From a virus, in IMG/VR virus record IMGVR_UViG_3300045988_147927, positions 128,001 through 192,000 of that record: DNA of 64,000 nt. One strand, written 5' to 3'. The notes under the pieces are model-generated. The model was given only the letters and a program-made list of their open reading frames with translations. It was not told where the DNA came from and did not search any database. Of the stretch, positions 48,213-56,474 are shown piece after piece (position 1 is the stretch's first letter; each line of letters begins with the position of its first letter). Both the position numbers and the translations under genes were made by a program.

Positions 48213-49232
48213 ATGAATCATAGCACAAAAGAATGTTTGTATCATATTATTAATAGACAAGATGAGATACTAATAGTAGATGTGTCTAATTATCTATATA
48301 GATATGTTTGGGCATACAGAGATTTGAGTATTGATATTAATGGTAGTAATGTTCAAATAGGGCATATTTATGGGTTTCTTAGATTTGTTACTTCTTTGTA
48401 TCGTACTTTCAATAACCCGTCTATTATATTAGCATTAGATGGGTGTGATTTAAGTCGAAGAGAGATAAATTCTAATTATAAATCTAATAGGGAAAAGTCA
48501 AGTGATGTTAAATCGTTGATAAAATCTACTACTGACGATATTTTATCAATGCTTAGATTATTGCCTAGTGTTTATAGTTGTTATGATAGTTCTTTTGAGG
48601 CAGATGATTGTATAGGTTCTATAGCTAATTCTGTATCGTCTTTGTGTTGTAAGAATAAAATTAATAAGAATGTATACATAATGTCTAATGATAAGGATAT
48701 GTATCAGTTAGTTAGGGATAATGCATATGCTAAAGTTAATATTATTAGGAAATTAGTTAGTGGTAGATGTTGGAGAGATAAGTCTGAGATTGTTAATGAA
48801 GAAGTTGTGAGAGATACTTTTAATGGTGTATCTCCTACAGATTTAGTAAAGTTTCGTTCAATCGTAGGGGATAGCTCTGATAATCTTAAAGGATATTACA
48901 GGTTTTTAAAGAGTAAAGCTAGTGATATTGCTACTAATTTTGAGTATAGTTTACAGGATAATAGATTGGTTCAAAAAGATGGTTCGCTAGTTTGTAAAGA
49001 TATACTTGAAAAGTATTTACCTATTATTAATAGCAATTTTCACATTTTTGAAAGCAATTACAAAATTATGAAAATCAAGGATTTTGATTATGAAATATCA
49101 CCTATTTCAAGTAATTGTTCATGTGAGGATATTAATAATAGTTTGTCTTTGATTAAATTATATCGTTTGAATGAATTTTTTAATTTTTGTAAATTTATAT
49201 CACCATATAGGGATATTATAGTTAATTCTTAG
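48213..49232 (+). CDS. 5'-3' exonuclease / flap endonuclease (RNase H-like, PIN-5'nuc)
   Basis: LIVDVSNYLYR, ALDG, FEADDCIGS, SNDKDMYQLV, VGDSSDNLKG. Confidence 0.8.
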   Translation: MNHSTKECLYHIINRQDEILIVDVSNYLYRYVWAYRDLSIDINGSNVQIGHIYGFLRFVTSLYRTFNNPSIILALDGCDLSRREINSNYKSNREKSSDVKSLIKSTTDDILSMLRLLPSVYSCYDSSFEADDCIGSIANSVSSLCCKNKINKNVYIMSNDKDMYQLVRDNAYAKVNIIRKLVSGRCWRDKSEIVNEEVVRDTFNGVSPTDLVKFRSIVGDSSDNLKGYYRFLKSKASDIATNFEYSLQDNRLVQKDGSLVCKDILEKYLPIINSNFHIFESNYKIMKIKDFDYEISPISSNCSCEDINNSLSLIKLYRLNEFFNFCKFISPYRDIIVNS

Positions 49233-49234
49233 TT

Positions 49235-49486
49235 ATGTATTATGTGTATATATTAGAATGTAATGATGGTACATTATATACAGGATATACAAGCAATGTT
49301 GAGAATAGAGTCAAACAGCATAACAAAGGTATAGGTGCTAAATATACTAGAGGGAGAGTTCCTTGTCGGTTAGTATATGTTGAAGAATTTCAAACAAAGA
49401 GTGGTGCTATGAGCAGGGAATGGTACATAAAACATAAGATTAATAGAGATGGTAAGTTGAAGTTAATATATGATTATAATAATTAA
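49235..49486 (+). CDS. GIY-YIG domain nuclease (UPF0213/YhbQ-like)
   Basis: YYVYILECNDGTLYTGYTSNVENRVKQHN...SREWYIKH. Confidence 0.85.
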   Translation: MYYVYILECNDGTLYTGYTSNVENRVKQHNKGIGAKYTRGRVPCRLVYVEEFQTKSGAMSREWYIKHKINRDGKLKLIYDYNN

Positions 49487-49544
49487 ATTTTAGGTATTTA
49501 TAATGTTTTCACTAAATTATTATAGTCATGGTTAGGTAGTGTGT

Positions 49545-49664
49545 ATGGAGAATTTGGTAGTTTTTTTAGCAAGTATCCCTTTTATTTTGGGGATTTGTGT
49601 TGCTGTATTTGCGTATTGTATATTCTGTATGGTTAGTGCTTTATGGAAGCATTTTAAAAAATAG
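49545..49664 (+). CDS. 39-aa single-pass membrane peptide (not in the ORF track)
   Basis: MENLVVFLASIPFILGICVAVFAYCIFCMVSALWKHFKK; followed directly by a strong terminator; weak RBS. Confidence 0.35.
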   Translation: MENLVVFLASIPFILGICVAVFAYCIFCMVSALWKHFKK

Positions 49665-49673
49665 AGTTATATT

Positions 49674-49715
49674 AAGAGTGTATAAATATTTTATATTTAT
49701 ACACTCTTTTTTTAT
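49674..49715 (+). terminator. rho-independent terminator
   Basis: 15-bp stem aagagtgtataaata / tatttatacactctt followed by T7. Confidence 0.75.
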
Positions 49716-49785
49716 GTAAAAATTTAGGTAGATATGTTAAAATTTATTATGTGTAGGTATATGTTTAGATAGTGAGGAGATTGAT

Positions 49786-50094
49786 ATGTTAGAATTATCA
49801 AATATCGTTTATGTTGCTCACCCTTATAGTGGTTTACAGAAAAATTATGATAAAGTGTCAGTTATTATGAGTACGTTATGTAATAAATTCCCTAATATTA
49901 CATTTATCTCACCTATTCATGCTTATGGGTTTATGTATGAGAGTGTAGATTATAATAAGGGAATAGAAATGTGTTTTAAGTTGTTGGAGTTATGTGATAC
50001 TGTACTATTATGTGGTGAGTGGGTTGATTCAAAGGGGTGTTGTATGGAGAAACAGTATGCAGAGTTACATGGTAAGAAAGTAGAGGTTCTATAG
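49786..50094 (+). CDS. nucleoside 2-deoxyribosyltransferase-like (DUF4406/DUF1937-like) protein
   Basis: VYVAHPYSG ... LELCDTVLLCGEWVDSKGCCMEKQYA pattern. Confidence 0.45.
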   Translation: MLELSNIVYVAHPYSGLQKNYDKVSVIMSTLCNKFPNITFISPIHAYGFMYESVDYNKGIEMCFKLLELCDTVLLCGEWVDSKGCCMEKQYAELHGKKVEVL

Positions 50095-50496
50095 ATGGGT
50101 ATTTCTGATATTATAGAGAGTCTTGATAGTAAAGCAGATTTAGAGAGTAGGAATATTAGATTTGTTAAGAAAGGTCAGTATAAAGAAGTATCTGATGGGT
50201 ATCATACAATAGGTGATTTATACGAACATAGGACATATCTTTTTGCTATGATTTGTAAGCTGTATGTGCCTACAGTATATATGTGGAAAACTAAAAAACA
50301 TGAAGATGGTACAATGTATGATGATATGTTTTTAGTTGGTATTGATTTACCTGAAGGTCAAATATCATATCATATCAATAATAGGTACTGGGATTTATTT
50401 GATGGTGTTGAAGAAATACCTAATGCACCTGAGTTTGATGGTTATACATCTGATGATGTTATCAATCGTATAGGGAGGTATATTAAGGATGGCTAA
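50095..50496 (+). CDS. hypothetical protein
   Basis: Translationally coupled ORF. Confidence 0.4.
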   Translation: MGISDIIESLDSKADLESRNIRFVKKGQYKEVSDGYHTIGDLYEHRTYLFAMICKLYVPTVYMWKTKKHEDGTMYDDMFLVGIDLPEGQISYHINNRYWDLFDGVEEIPNAPEFDGYTSDDVINRIGRYIKDG

Positions 50497-51469
50497 ATTT
50501 GATGATATATTCAAATCTATGTGTGATGATATTTTGAGTAATGGTACTATTTCTGATGGTGAGGAAGTCAGACCTAAGTGGGAGGATGGGTCAGATGCTC
50601 ACACTATTAAGAAGTTCGCAGTTGTTAATAGATATGATGTTGGTAAGGAGTTTCCGATACCTACTCAAAGACCTATAGCTTATAAGTCATGTGTGGAAGA
50701 GATGTTGTGGATATGGCAAAAACATTCTAATAATGTGAAAGACTTAAACACTCGGATATGGGATAGCTGGGCAGATAGTGATGGTACTATAGGTACTGCA
50801 TATGGGTATCAGATAGGTAAGTTATCTACATATAGGATACATTCAGATGATATTGTGAGTGATATTAGTGATGTATTTGAGGATTTGTTTTATGATAGGG
50901 AATATAATTGTTTTTATAATAATGGTGGAAGTCATTATATTTCTTATGAATGTATTGAAGATAATGTATATGATGTTAAGATGAATCAGATTGATAAGGT
51001 GCTATTTGATTTAGTTCATACACCTTTCTCACGTAGGATTATTGCTCATATGTATAATTTTGATGAGTTGAGTACAATGAATTTATATCCTTGTGCTTAT
51101 TCTTGTACATTTAATGTTACTTTAGATGATAAAGGTAATAAGGTGTTAAATCTTCTATTAAATCAGAGGAGTCAGGATATTCTAGCTGCTAATGCTTGGA
51201 ATGTAGTACAGTATTCAGTATTATTACATATGGTGGCTCGTCATGTTAATATGAGGGTTGGTGAATTAGTTCATGTGATTGCTGATGCTCATATTTATGA
51301 CAGGCACATTCCTATTATAAAAGAGTTAATTAGTAGGGAGACATATAAGGCACCTGAGTTTATTCTTAACAAAGATAAGAATAACTTCTATGATTTTACT
51401 GTTGATGATGTGTCATTTAAAGATTATAAACATGGTGAACAGATTAAAAATATACCTATTGCAGTTTAG
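50489..51469 (+). CDS. thyA: thymidylate synthase family (ThyA-like; a dUMP hydroxymethylase is not excluded)
   Basis: FPIPTQRP, EEMLWIW, TAYGYQ, catalytic YPCAY, LNQRSQD, AWNVVQYS, DAHIYDRH. Carries a ~50-aa insertion. Confidence 0.75.
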   Translation: MAKFDDIFKSMCDDILSNGTISDGEEVRPKWEDGSDAHTIKKFAVVNRYDVGKEFPIPTQRPIAYKSCVEEMLWIWQKHSNNVKDLNTRIWDSWADSDGTIGTAYGYQIGKLSTYRIHSDDIVSDISDVFEDLFYDREYNCFYNNGGSHYISYECIEDNVYDVKMNQIDKVLFDLVHTPFSRRIIAHMYNFDELSTMNLYPCAYSCTFNVTLDDKGNKVLNLLLNQRSQDILAANAWNVVQYSVLLHMVARHVNMRVGELVHVIADAHIYDRHIPIIKELISRETYKAPEFILNKDKNNFYDFTVDDVSFKDYKHGEQIKNIPIAV

Positions 51470-51494
51470 TTATTTTAGGAGAGGTTGTGTTAAA

Positions 51495-51614
51495 ATGAAA
51501 AAGGCATTACGTGTAATATTGTTATTGGTAGTACTTAATTCAAGTATTGCAAGATTGATTAATATATTCAAATGCTATATGAAGTGTTATAGAGAGGTTT
51601 GTTATGAAAGATAA
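51495..51614 (+). CDS. small hydrophobic/Cys-rich peptide
   Basis: RBS aggagagg; MKKALRVILLLVVLNSS... Confidence 0.3.
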   Translation: MKKALRVILLLVVLNSSIARLINIFKCYMKCYREVCYER

Positions 51615-51843
51615 AAAAGCTATTAAGAAGATTATGAATATTATAGAGAAAGTAGCAGTACATGATAATGATTGTGTATCATATTTTGATATGGATGATT
51701 TTAAAGTACAGAAGAGAATGAAGAGGAAAGAGATTGTACAGACTATTGATAGTGTGATAGATGTTCTTAATGATGATACTGGTACATACACAAAAGAGGA
51801 TGCACTAGATTTACTTGTTAAGATAAGAAATAATACACTATAA
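51604..51843 (+). CDS. hypothetical protein
   Basis: ORF only. Confidence 0.4.
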   Translation: MKDKKAIKKIMNIIEKVAVHDNDCVSYFDMDDFKVQKRMKRKEIVQTIDSVIDVLNDDTGTYTKEDALDLLVKIRNNTL

Positions 51844-52081
51844 TATAGTTATTATAAGGTAATAAATAGGTACACTATATTGTATGAATATATGAGAGTA
51901 TGATTGTATCATATAGGATAGATATAGTGTATCTTCATAATCACATACTAATAATAATAAAGATATAACTAATATAATAATTACTATATAACATATTATT
52001 AATACACTAGATATTAATAAATAAATTTCTTCTAACGAAGAAAAGTATTTATTTACTATGTGGAGGTAGTATAAAGATATT

Positions 52082-52165
52082 AGTAAAACTAATATAGTAA
52101 AACTAATATAGTAAAACTAATATAGTAAAACTAATATAGTAAAATTAATATAGTAAAATTAATAT
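52082..52165. repeat. 14-nt tandem repeat x6
   Basis: agtaaaactaatat x4, then agtaaaattaatat x2. Confidence 0.9.
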
Positions 52166-52260
52166 AAGTATAAAAAATAGGGTACAGGGATAATACTAAC
52201 TGTATTTTATTAGAGAAAAGAAATAAACAAAAAGTGAGTATTCAAGAGAGATATAATAGA

Positions 52261-52400
52261 GGTTCTATATACTGTATTATACTAAAGAAGAGATATAGAG
52301 AGATACTATAAGTTCTATGTATTATAGTATTCATAAAAGGAAACATAGAAAGGATAAGAGAGAATTAATTTAGGTTCTATATACTAATTAAGTTCTAAAA
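52261..52400. repeat. dispersed (G/A)GTTCTAT repeats x4
   Basis: ggttctatatact (52261), agttctatgtatt (52311), ggttctatatact (52374), agttctaaaag (52391). Confidence 0.5.
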
Positions 52401-52408
52401 GAAAAGAT

Positions 52409-52500
52409 ATAGGAAATATAAAAATAGGAATATAAAAATAGGAAATATAAAAATAGGAATATAAAATATAGGAAATATAAAAAAGAAGATAGGGGATATA
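52409..52500. repeat. 14/15-nt tandem repeat, about 5-6 copies
   Basis: ataggaaatataaaa / ataggaatataaaa alternating, running into the RBS of the next ORF. Confidence 0.8.
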
Positions 52501-52504
52501 GGAT

Positions 52505-52786
52505 ATGAAGAAGATACCAATCACTGAGGATAAATTAGAGATATATAGGAAATTAGAGGAGAATGATTTGTATGATGGATTGAGAGTAGGGATGATACGG
52601 AAATTGTTAGTAGGATTAGGGATTAGGGTGAGTGGTAGTACTGTAGCACATAGTGATGATTTACGAGTATTATTAAAGAATACAGTAAAGAGAGTGTTGT
52701 ATCGAGAAGAGTTGTTGAAATTAGGGATAGATGGTCGAAGAGTCAATAAAGAGATTGATGAGAGGGTTCGTATGGACAAATCATAG
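52505..52786 (+). CDS. hypothetical protein
   Basis: ORF only. Confidence 0.4.
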   Translation: MKKIPITEDKLEIYRKLEENDLYDGLRVGMIRKLLVGLGIRVSGSTVAHSDDLRVLLKNTVKRVLYREELLKLGIDGRRVNKEIDERVRMDKS

Positions 52787-52815
52787 ATATTCTAGGTTAT
52801 ATAAATTAACAAAAC

Positions 52816-52844
52816 TTTACAATATCATAGAGATATAGTAAGAT
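52816..52844 (+). promoter_or_regulatory. sigma70-like promoter candidate
   Basis: TTTACA - 17 nt - TAAGAT; shares taacaaaactttacaatat with the 5508 promoter. Confidence 0.4.
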
Positions 52845-52886
52845 ATTGTATGAAAGAGATAGATATACTATAAAGGAGATATTTCT

Positions 52887-53996
52887 ATGAAAGATATAAT
52901 TATGATGTCAATTTATGGTAGACATAATAGATGTAATGTAAGTATGTATGATTCAAATACATATAAGGGATTGAAGAGTAGTGTTATAGAAGTAGATGCT
53001 AATTTGTATCGAGATTTGAGTGTAGAGTTTGGGTTGATACGAATGGCATTAGGGATGATACGTAGTGTAGAGACAGTTGCATTTAAGAATGTAGGAACGA
53101 TGTTACAGTCTAAGAAGGTAACAGTCACTACTCATTATGAGGGATATTCTAGTGATATCACTATGTATATGTTGCAAGAGATATACTATGTTAATCAGGT
53201 TCATTATGATGATTATGTATTAGGTGTAGAGGTGTCATTAGATAGGTATAATCAATTTAGGGTTGCTATGGATACATCATATACAGCTATGTTGGAGTAT
53301 ATGAGGCATATATTACAAAGTGTGTTAGAGACATTAATGCGTGAGTATTTACATTTAGGTATAGAGTATGGTGATATTCAAAGTCATGTGTATCAAGATG
53401 TGGTATCTGTGTTGAGGTTACAATGTAAAGTGATGACAGAGAGTGTACCCTATGCTATTTTGTATCAAAGTGGGTTTGATGTGAGTGATACTGAACAGTC
53501 AATGTACTATGATGTAGATGGGATAGGTTCTATAGGTGTTACTATTGATGGGATACAATTTGTTACTAAGATACATGAGAGTTCCTATGATGATACGTTT
53601 GGTGATATTAAAGGTAGTGTAGCCACTACTATAAAGATGCAACTCTATCTAAAGATATTGTGTACTACTAAGAGTGTGTTAGAGACTATTTCATCTTATA
53701 TGGGTAGAGAAGGTCGATATGTGAGAGGTGTGTATGGTATATGGGGCATTCATGTAGGTACTAAGTTAAGTATATTGCATAAGCAGATATTAGATAGTAA
53801 TGATATGTTGGTGTTTTATAAAGATGGTGTACATCATAATTATTATGAAGTAGTAGATACCTATGGTATTGTACGTATACCTATAAAAGTATTTCAAAAG
53901 AGAGTGATGTTGAATACAGTGATACAATTACAATCTATAAAAGATACGGTATATGATTATGTAGATGGTATATTAGATACTTTATATAATTATTGA
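52887..53996 (+). CDS. hypothetical protein, paralog family member
   Basis: RBS aaaggag. C-terminus IPIKVFQKRVMLNTV matches CPITVFTYRVMLNNC in the next ORF. Confidence 0.45.
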   Translation: MKDIIMMSIYGRHNRCNVSMYDSNTYKGLKSSVIEVDANLYRDLSVEFGLIRMALGMIRSVETVAFKNVGTMLQSKKVTVTTHYEGYSSDITMYMLQEIYYVNQVHYDDYVLGVEVSLDRYNQFRVAMDTSYTAMLEYMRHILQSVLETLMREYLHLGIEYGDIQSHVYQDVVSVLRLQCKVMTESVPYAILYQSGFDVSDTEQSMYYDVDGIGSIGVTIDGIQFVTKIHESSYDDTFGDIKGSVATTIKMQLYLKILCTTKSVLETISSYMGREGRYVRGVYGIWGIHVGTKLSILHKQILDSNDMLVFYKDGVHHNYYEVVDTYGIVRIPIKVFQKRVMLNTVIQLQSIKDTVYDYVDGILDTLYNY

Positions 53997-54046
53997 TGAG
54001 TGGTTAATAGGGTATATGGTTATATAGGTTAATAAGGTATAGGGGT

Positions 54047-54994
54047 ATGAAAGAAAAGGTTAGATTACAGGATGGTGGGTTATCCGTAGAGATAGAGTAT
54101 GATTTTAGAATTGTTATTACTAGAAGTCAGTTTTCTGTAGTCAGTAGTAAGAGTAAAGCATCTAGGCAATTCTTAGAGAAGTCGATGGTAGGTTTTAATC
54201 TATGTCATTTGATGAGTGTAGGGCTTGATTTACATCGTGTAGATACGTTTAATGTATTTACAAATTCTGCACATAGGTATACACGAATACAGTATAGTGG
54301 GTATGTAGTCCATTTATATCGGTGGTTAGATGGTGTATTTGGTGATTATGTTCTAACTGTGTTTGTTGAGTTACAGGATATATCATTACAAGATGCTTAT
54401 AAGAATTTCAATAAGGCCATGTCTATGCCAATATGTAATTATGAATATCAAAGAGATAGTATCATTATTAAATCACTTTATTTCACTGTTATTAAAGATG
54501 TGTATGAGTGGTTGTCTTATTTCTTATTAGGTATCTATCTAACTGCAAGTGATATTGTTAGGGTTGATGGTAGTAAGAGTTCCATGTATTCATTGTGTAA
54601 GGATGTGTTGGTGTATAAGGTATTGTTAAGGTGTTTAGAAGATACATCATATTGTGTTGATACTAATAAGTATGTGGTAGTGTCCATACGAGATAGGGAT
54701 GTGTTACCTAAAGATATTAGTAATATGGATATATTAAATGTATTAAGTATTATGGACTATTGTCAAAATGCTGTTAATAGTGTTGTTAATAGGGGTGTAG
54801 GTACTGTGGATTGTATGAGAACTGTTACGTTTCACACATTGTATAAGTCAAAGCCATATACAAGTTTTGATGTAGTAGAGTGTCCTATTACTGTATTTAC
54901 ATATAGGGTTATGTTAAATAATTGTATGGATGTGAGTGATTTTTACAATAGGGTTCATCAGTATTGGTGTAGTTTAGATACATTTAATTATTGA
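54047..54994 (+). CDS. hypothetical protein, paralog family member
   Basis: Shared C-terminal segment and ...NY terminus with the upstream ORF. Confidence 0.45.
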   Translation: MKEKVRLQDGGLSVEIEYDFRIVITRSQFSVVSSKSKASRQFLEKSMVGFNLCHLMSVGLDLHRVDTFNVFTNSAHRYTRIQYSGYVVHLYRWLDGVFGDYVLTVFVELQDISLQDAYKNFNKAMSMPICNYEYQRDSIIIKSLYFTVIKDVYEWLSYFLLGIYLTASDIVRVDGSKSSMYSLCKDVLVYKVLLRCLEDTSYCVDTNKYVVVSIRDRDVLPKDISNMDILNVLSIMDYCQNAVNSVVNRGVGTVDCMRTVTFHTLYKSKPYTSFDVVECPITVFTYRVMLNNCMDVSDFYNRVHQYWCSLDTFNY

Positions 54995-55004
54995 GGTTGG
55001 TAGG

Positions 55005-55670
55005 ATGACTGAGTTTTACATAACAATCACTAAAGAGGAGAATAAGATAGTATTTTCTTTTAAGAAGGATTTTGTGTTTTTTCCATGTACAAGTGTTAGG
55101 TGGTTTGAAGTTGATTTGTCTGTGTATGTGGATATCTTATTTCAATATCGTGGTGATACTACATTTACTATTGAACGAAGTGGGTATACTTTTATATTCG
55201 ATATGCATGGTGGTGTTAGGCGAGATGATGGGTATATTAAGATTACAATAATGTCCTATATACCAGAGAATGATATTAGGTTGTATGATGCCTCATATGG
55301 TGATATCAATCATTGTTGTAGAGTGATTAATGATACATTGTCTAGTGAGGATACTATTAATCATATGTTGAGTGTGGTTGTTGGACATGAGGTATCGTTA
55401 CAACATACTATTACACTGGGAGCATTATCACATATTACATTACATATATTTTGTGATGTAAGGTTATTGGAAGGGTATGCATATTTTATATGTCGAGAGA
55501 ATGAAGAGTTTGATATAGTTACGATGGTTTCTACGTGTCATAGGTTACGTAGTAATAGTATTAAACAATTAAATGCATTACCTGGTATAGTTGGCAGAGA
55601 CTATCAATATTTTCTCTTAATACTAAGTTTATGTGTGATATTGATGTTAGTGAGGTTGTGGATACAGTAG
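55005..55670 (+). CDS. hypothetical protein (possibly a related, shorter member)
   Basis: Same Y/V/I-rich composition; hydrophobic C-terminus. Confidence 0.4.
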   Translation: MTEFYITITKEENKIVFSFKKDFVFFPCTSVRWFEVDLSVYVDILFQYRGDTTFTIERSGYTFIFDMHGGVRRDDGYIKITIMSYIPENDIRLYDASYGDINHCCRVINDTLSSEDTINHMLSVVVGHEVSLQHTITLGALSHITLHIFCDVRLLEGYAYFICRENEEFDIVTMVSTCHRLRSNSIKQLNALPGIVGRDYQYFLLILSLCVILMLVRLWIQ

Positions 55671-55896
55671 GTGTTATGTTAAATAAGGGATATACCATAT
55701 CTACAGATAAGGTTGTACATAGTATGTATAGTGGTAAAGCATTTGTCTACTAATATTCATTTATTTACGTTATTTACGTTGTGTTGCGATTTTATATGTT
55801 TAATGTATAAATTAATGTATAGTTATTAAAATTAGCACACAAGTTAATATAAGCGTTTTTATAAGGTATTTTTATAGTGTTGAGGTTTTGGTTTTT

Positions 55897-56397
55897 ATGG
55901 TTAATATGATTATGTGTTTAGATGTGTGTAATGGGTTAGGTAGGGATAATGATTTATTGTATCGATTACCTAGTGATATGAAAATGTTTAGACAAAGGAC
56001 ATTAGGTATGATTGTTATTATGGGACGAAAGACTTTTGAAAGTTTACCTAAGGTATTACCACATCGTGAGCATTGGGTGATTACTAATCAAGAGGGATAT
56101 ATTGTACCTGATGGTGTTAAGGTATTTCATTCAAAAGAAGAGGTATTACAGGAATTAGGGGATAGGAGAGCCTTTGTAATAGGTGGTAGTTCTATTTATC
56201 ATATGTTTTTAGACGTGTGTACTAATATCTATGTAACACGTGTCAATGATACTAAAAAGGCTGATACTGTGTTTGATTTTGATGAATCACAGTTTAGTCA
56301 TAGTCAGATTGGTATGGGGTTAAAGGAGAAAGATGAGGTAAGTGGTAGATGGGTAAATTATACTTTTGATATGTATACAAGGAAAAAATTAAAATAA
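55897..56397 (+). CDS. folA: dihydrofolate reductase
   Basis: MIMCLDVCNGLGRDNDLLYRLPSDMKMFRQRT, VIMGRKTFESLP, FVIGGSSIY. The track starts at TTG 55888. Confidence 0.8.
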   Translation: MVNMIMCLDVCNGLGRDNDLLYRLPSDMKMFRQRTLGMIVIMGRKTFESLPKVLPHREHWVITNQEGYIVPDGVKVFHSKEEVLQELGDRRAFVIGGSSIYHMFLDVCTNIYVTRVNDTKKADTVFDFDESQFSHSQIGMGLKEKDEVSGRWVNYTFDMYTRKKLK

Positions 56398-56400
56398 TAC

Positions 56401-56430
56401 TTTACAAAACATTACAACTTGTGGTATTGT
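56401..56430 (+). promoter_or_regulatory. sigma70-like promoter candidate
   Basis: TTTACA - 18 nt - TATTGT. Confidence 0.4.
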
Positions 56431-56474
56431 GTAAGTAGAAAATATAGTGTTTATTTAAAAGGAGATTTTTCACT

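Noticed and set aside
51390-51614. 74-aa ORF overlapping the thyA 3' end
   Set aside because: Only the distal part, from ATG 51495, has an RBS (aggagagg). The upstream part is an alternative frame of thyA.
52082-52165. Possible CRISPR array
   Set aside because: The 14-nt units are directly abutting with no spacers and no cas genes. This is a simple tandem repeat.
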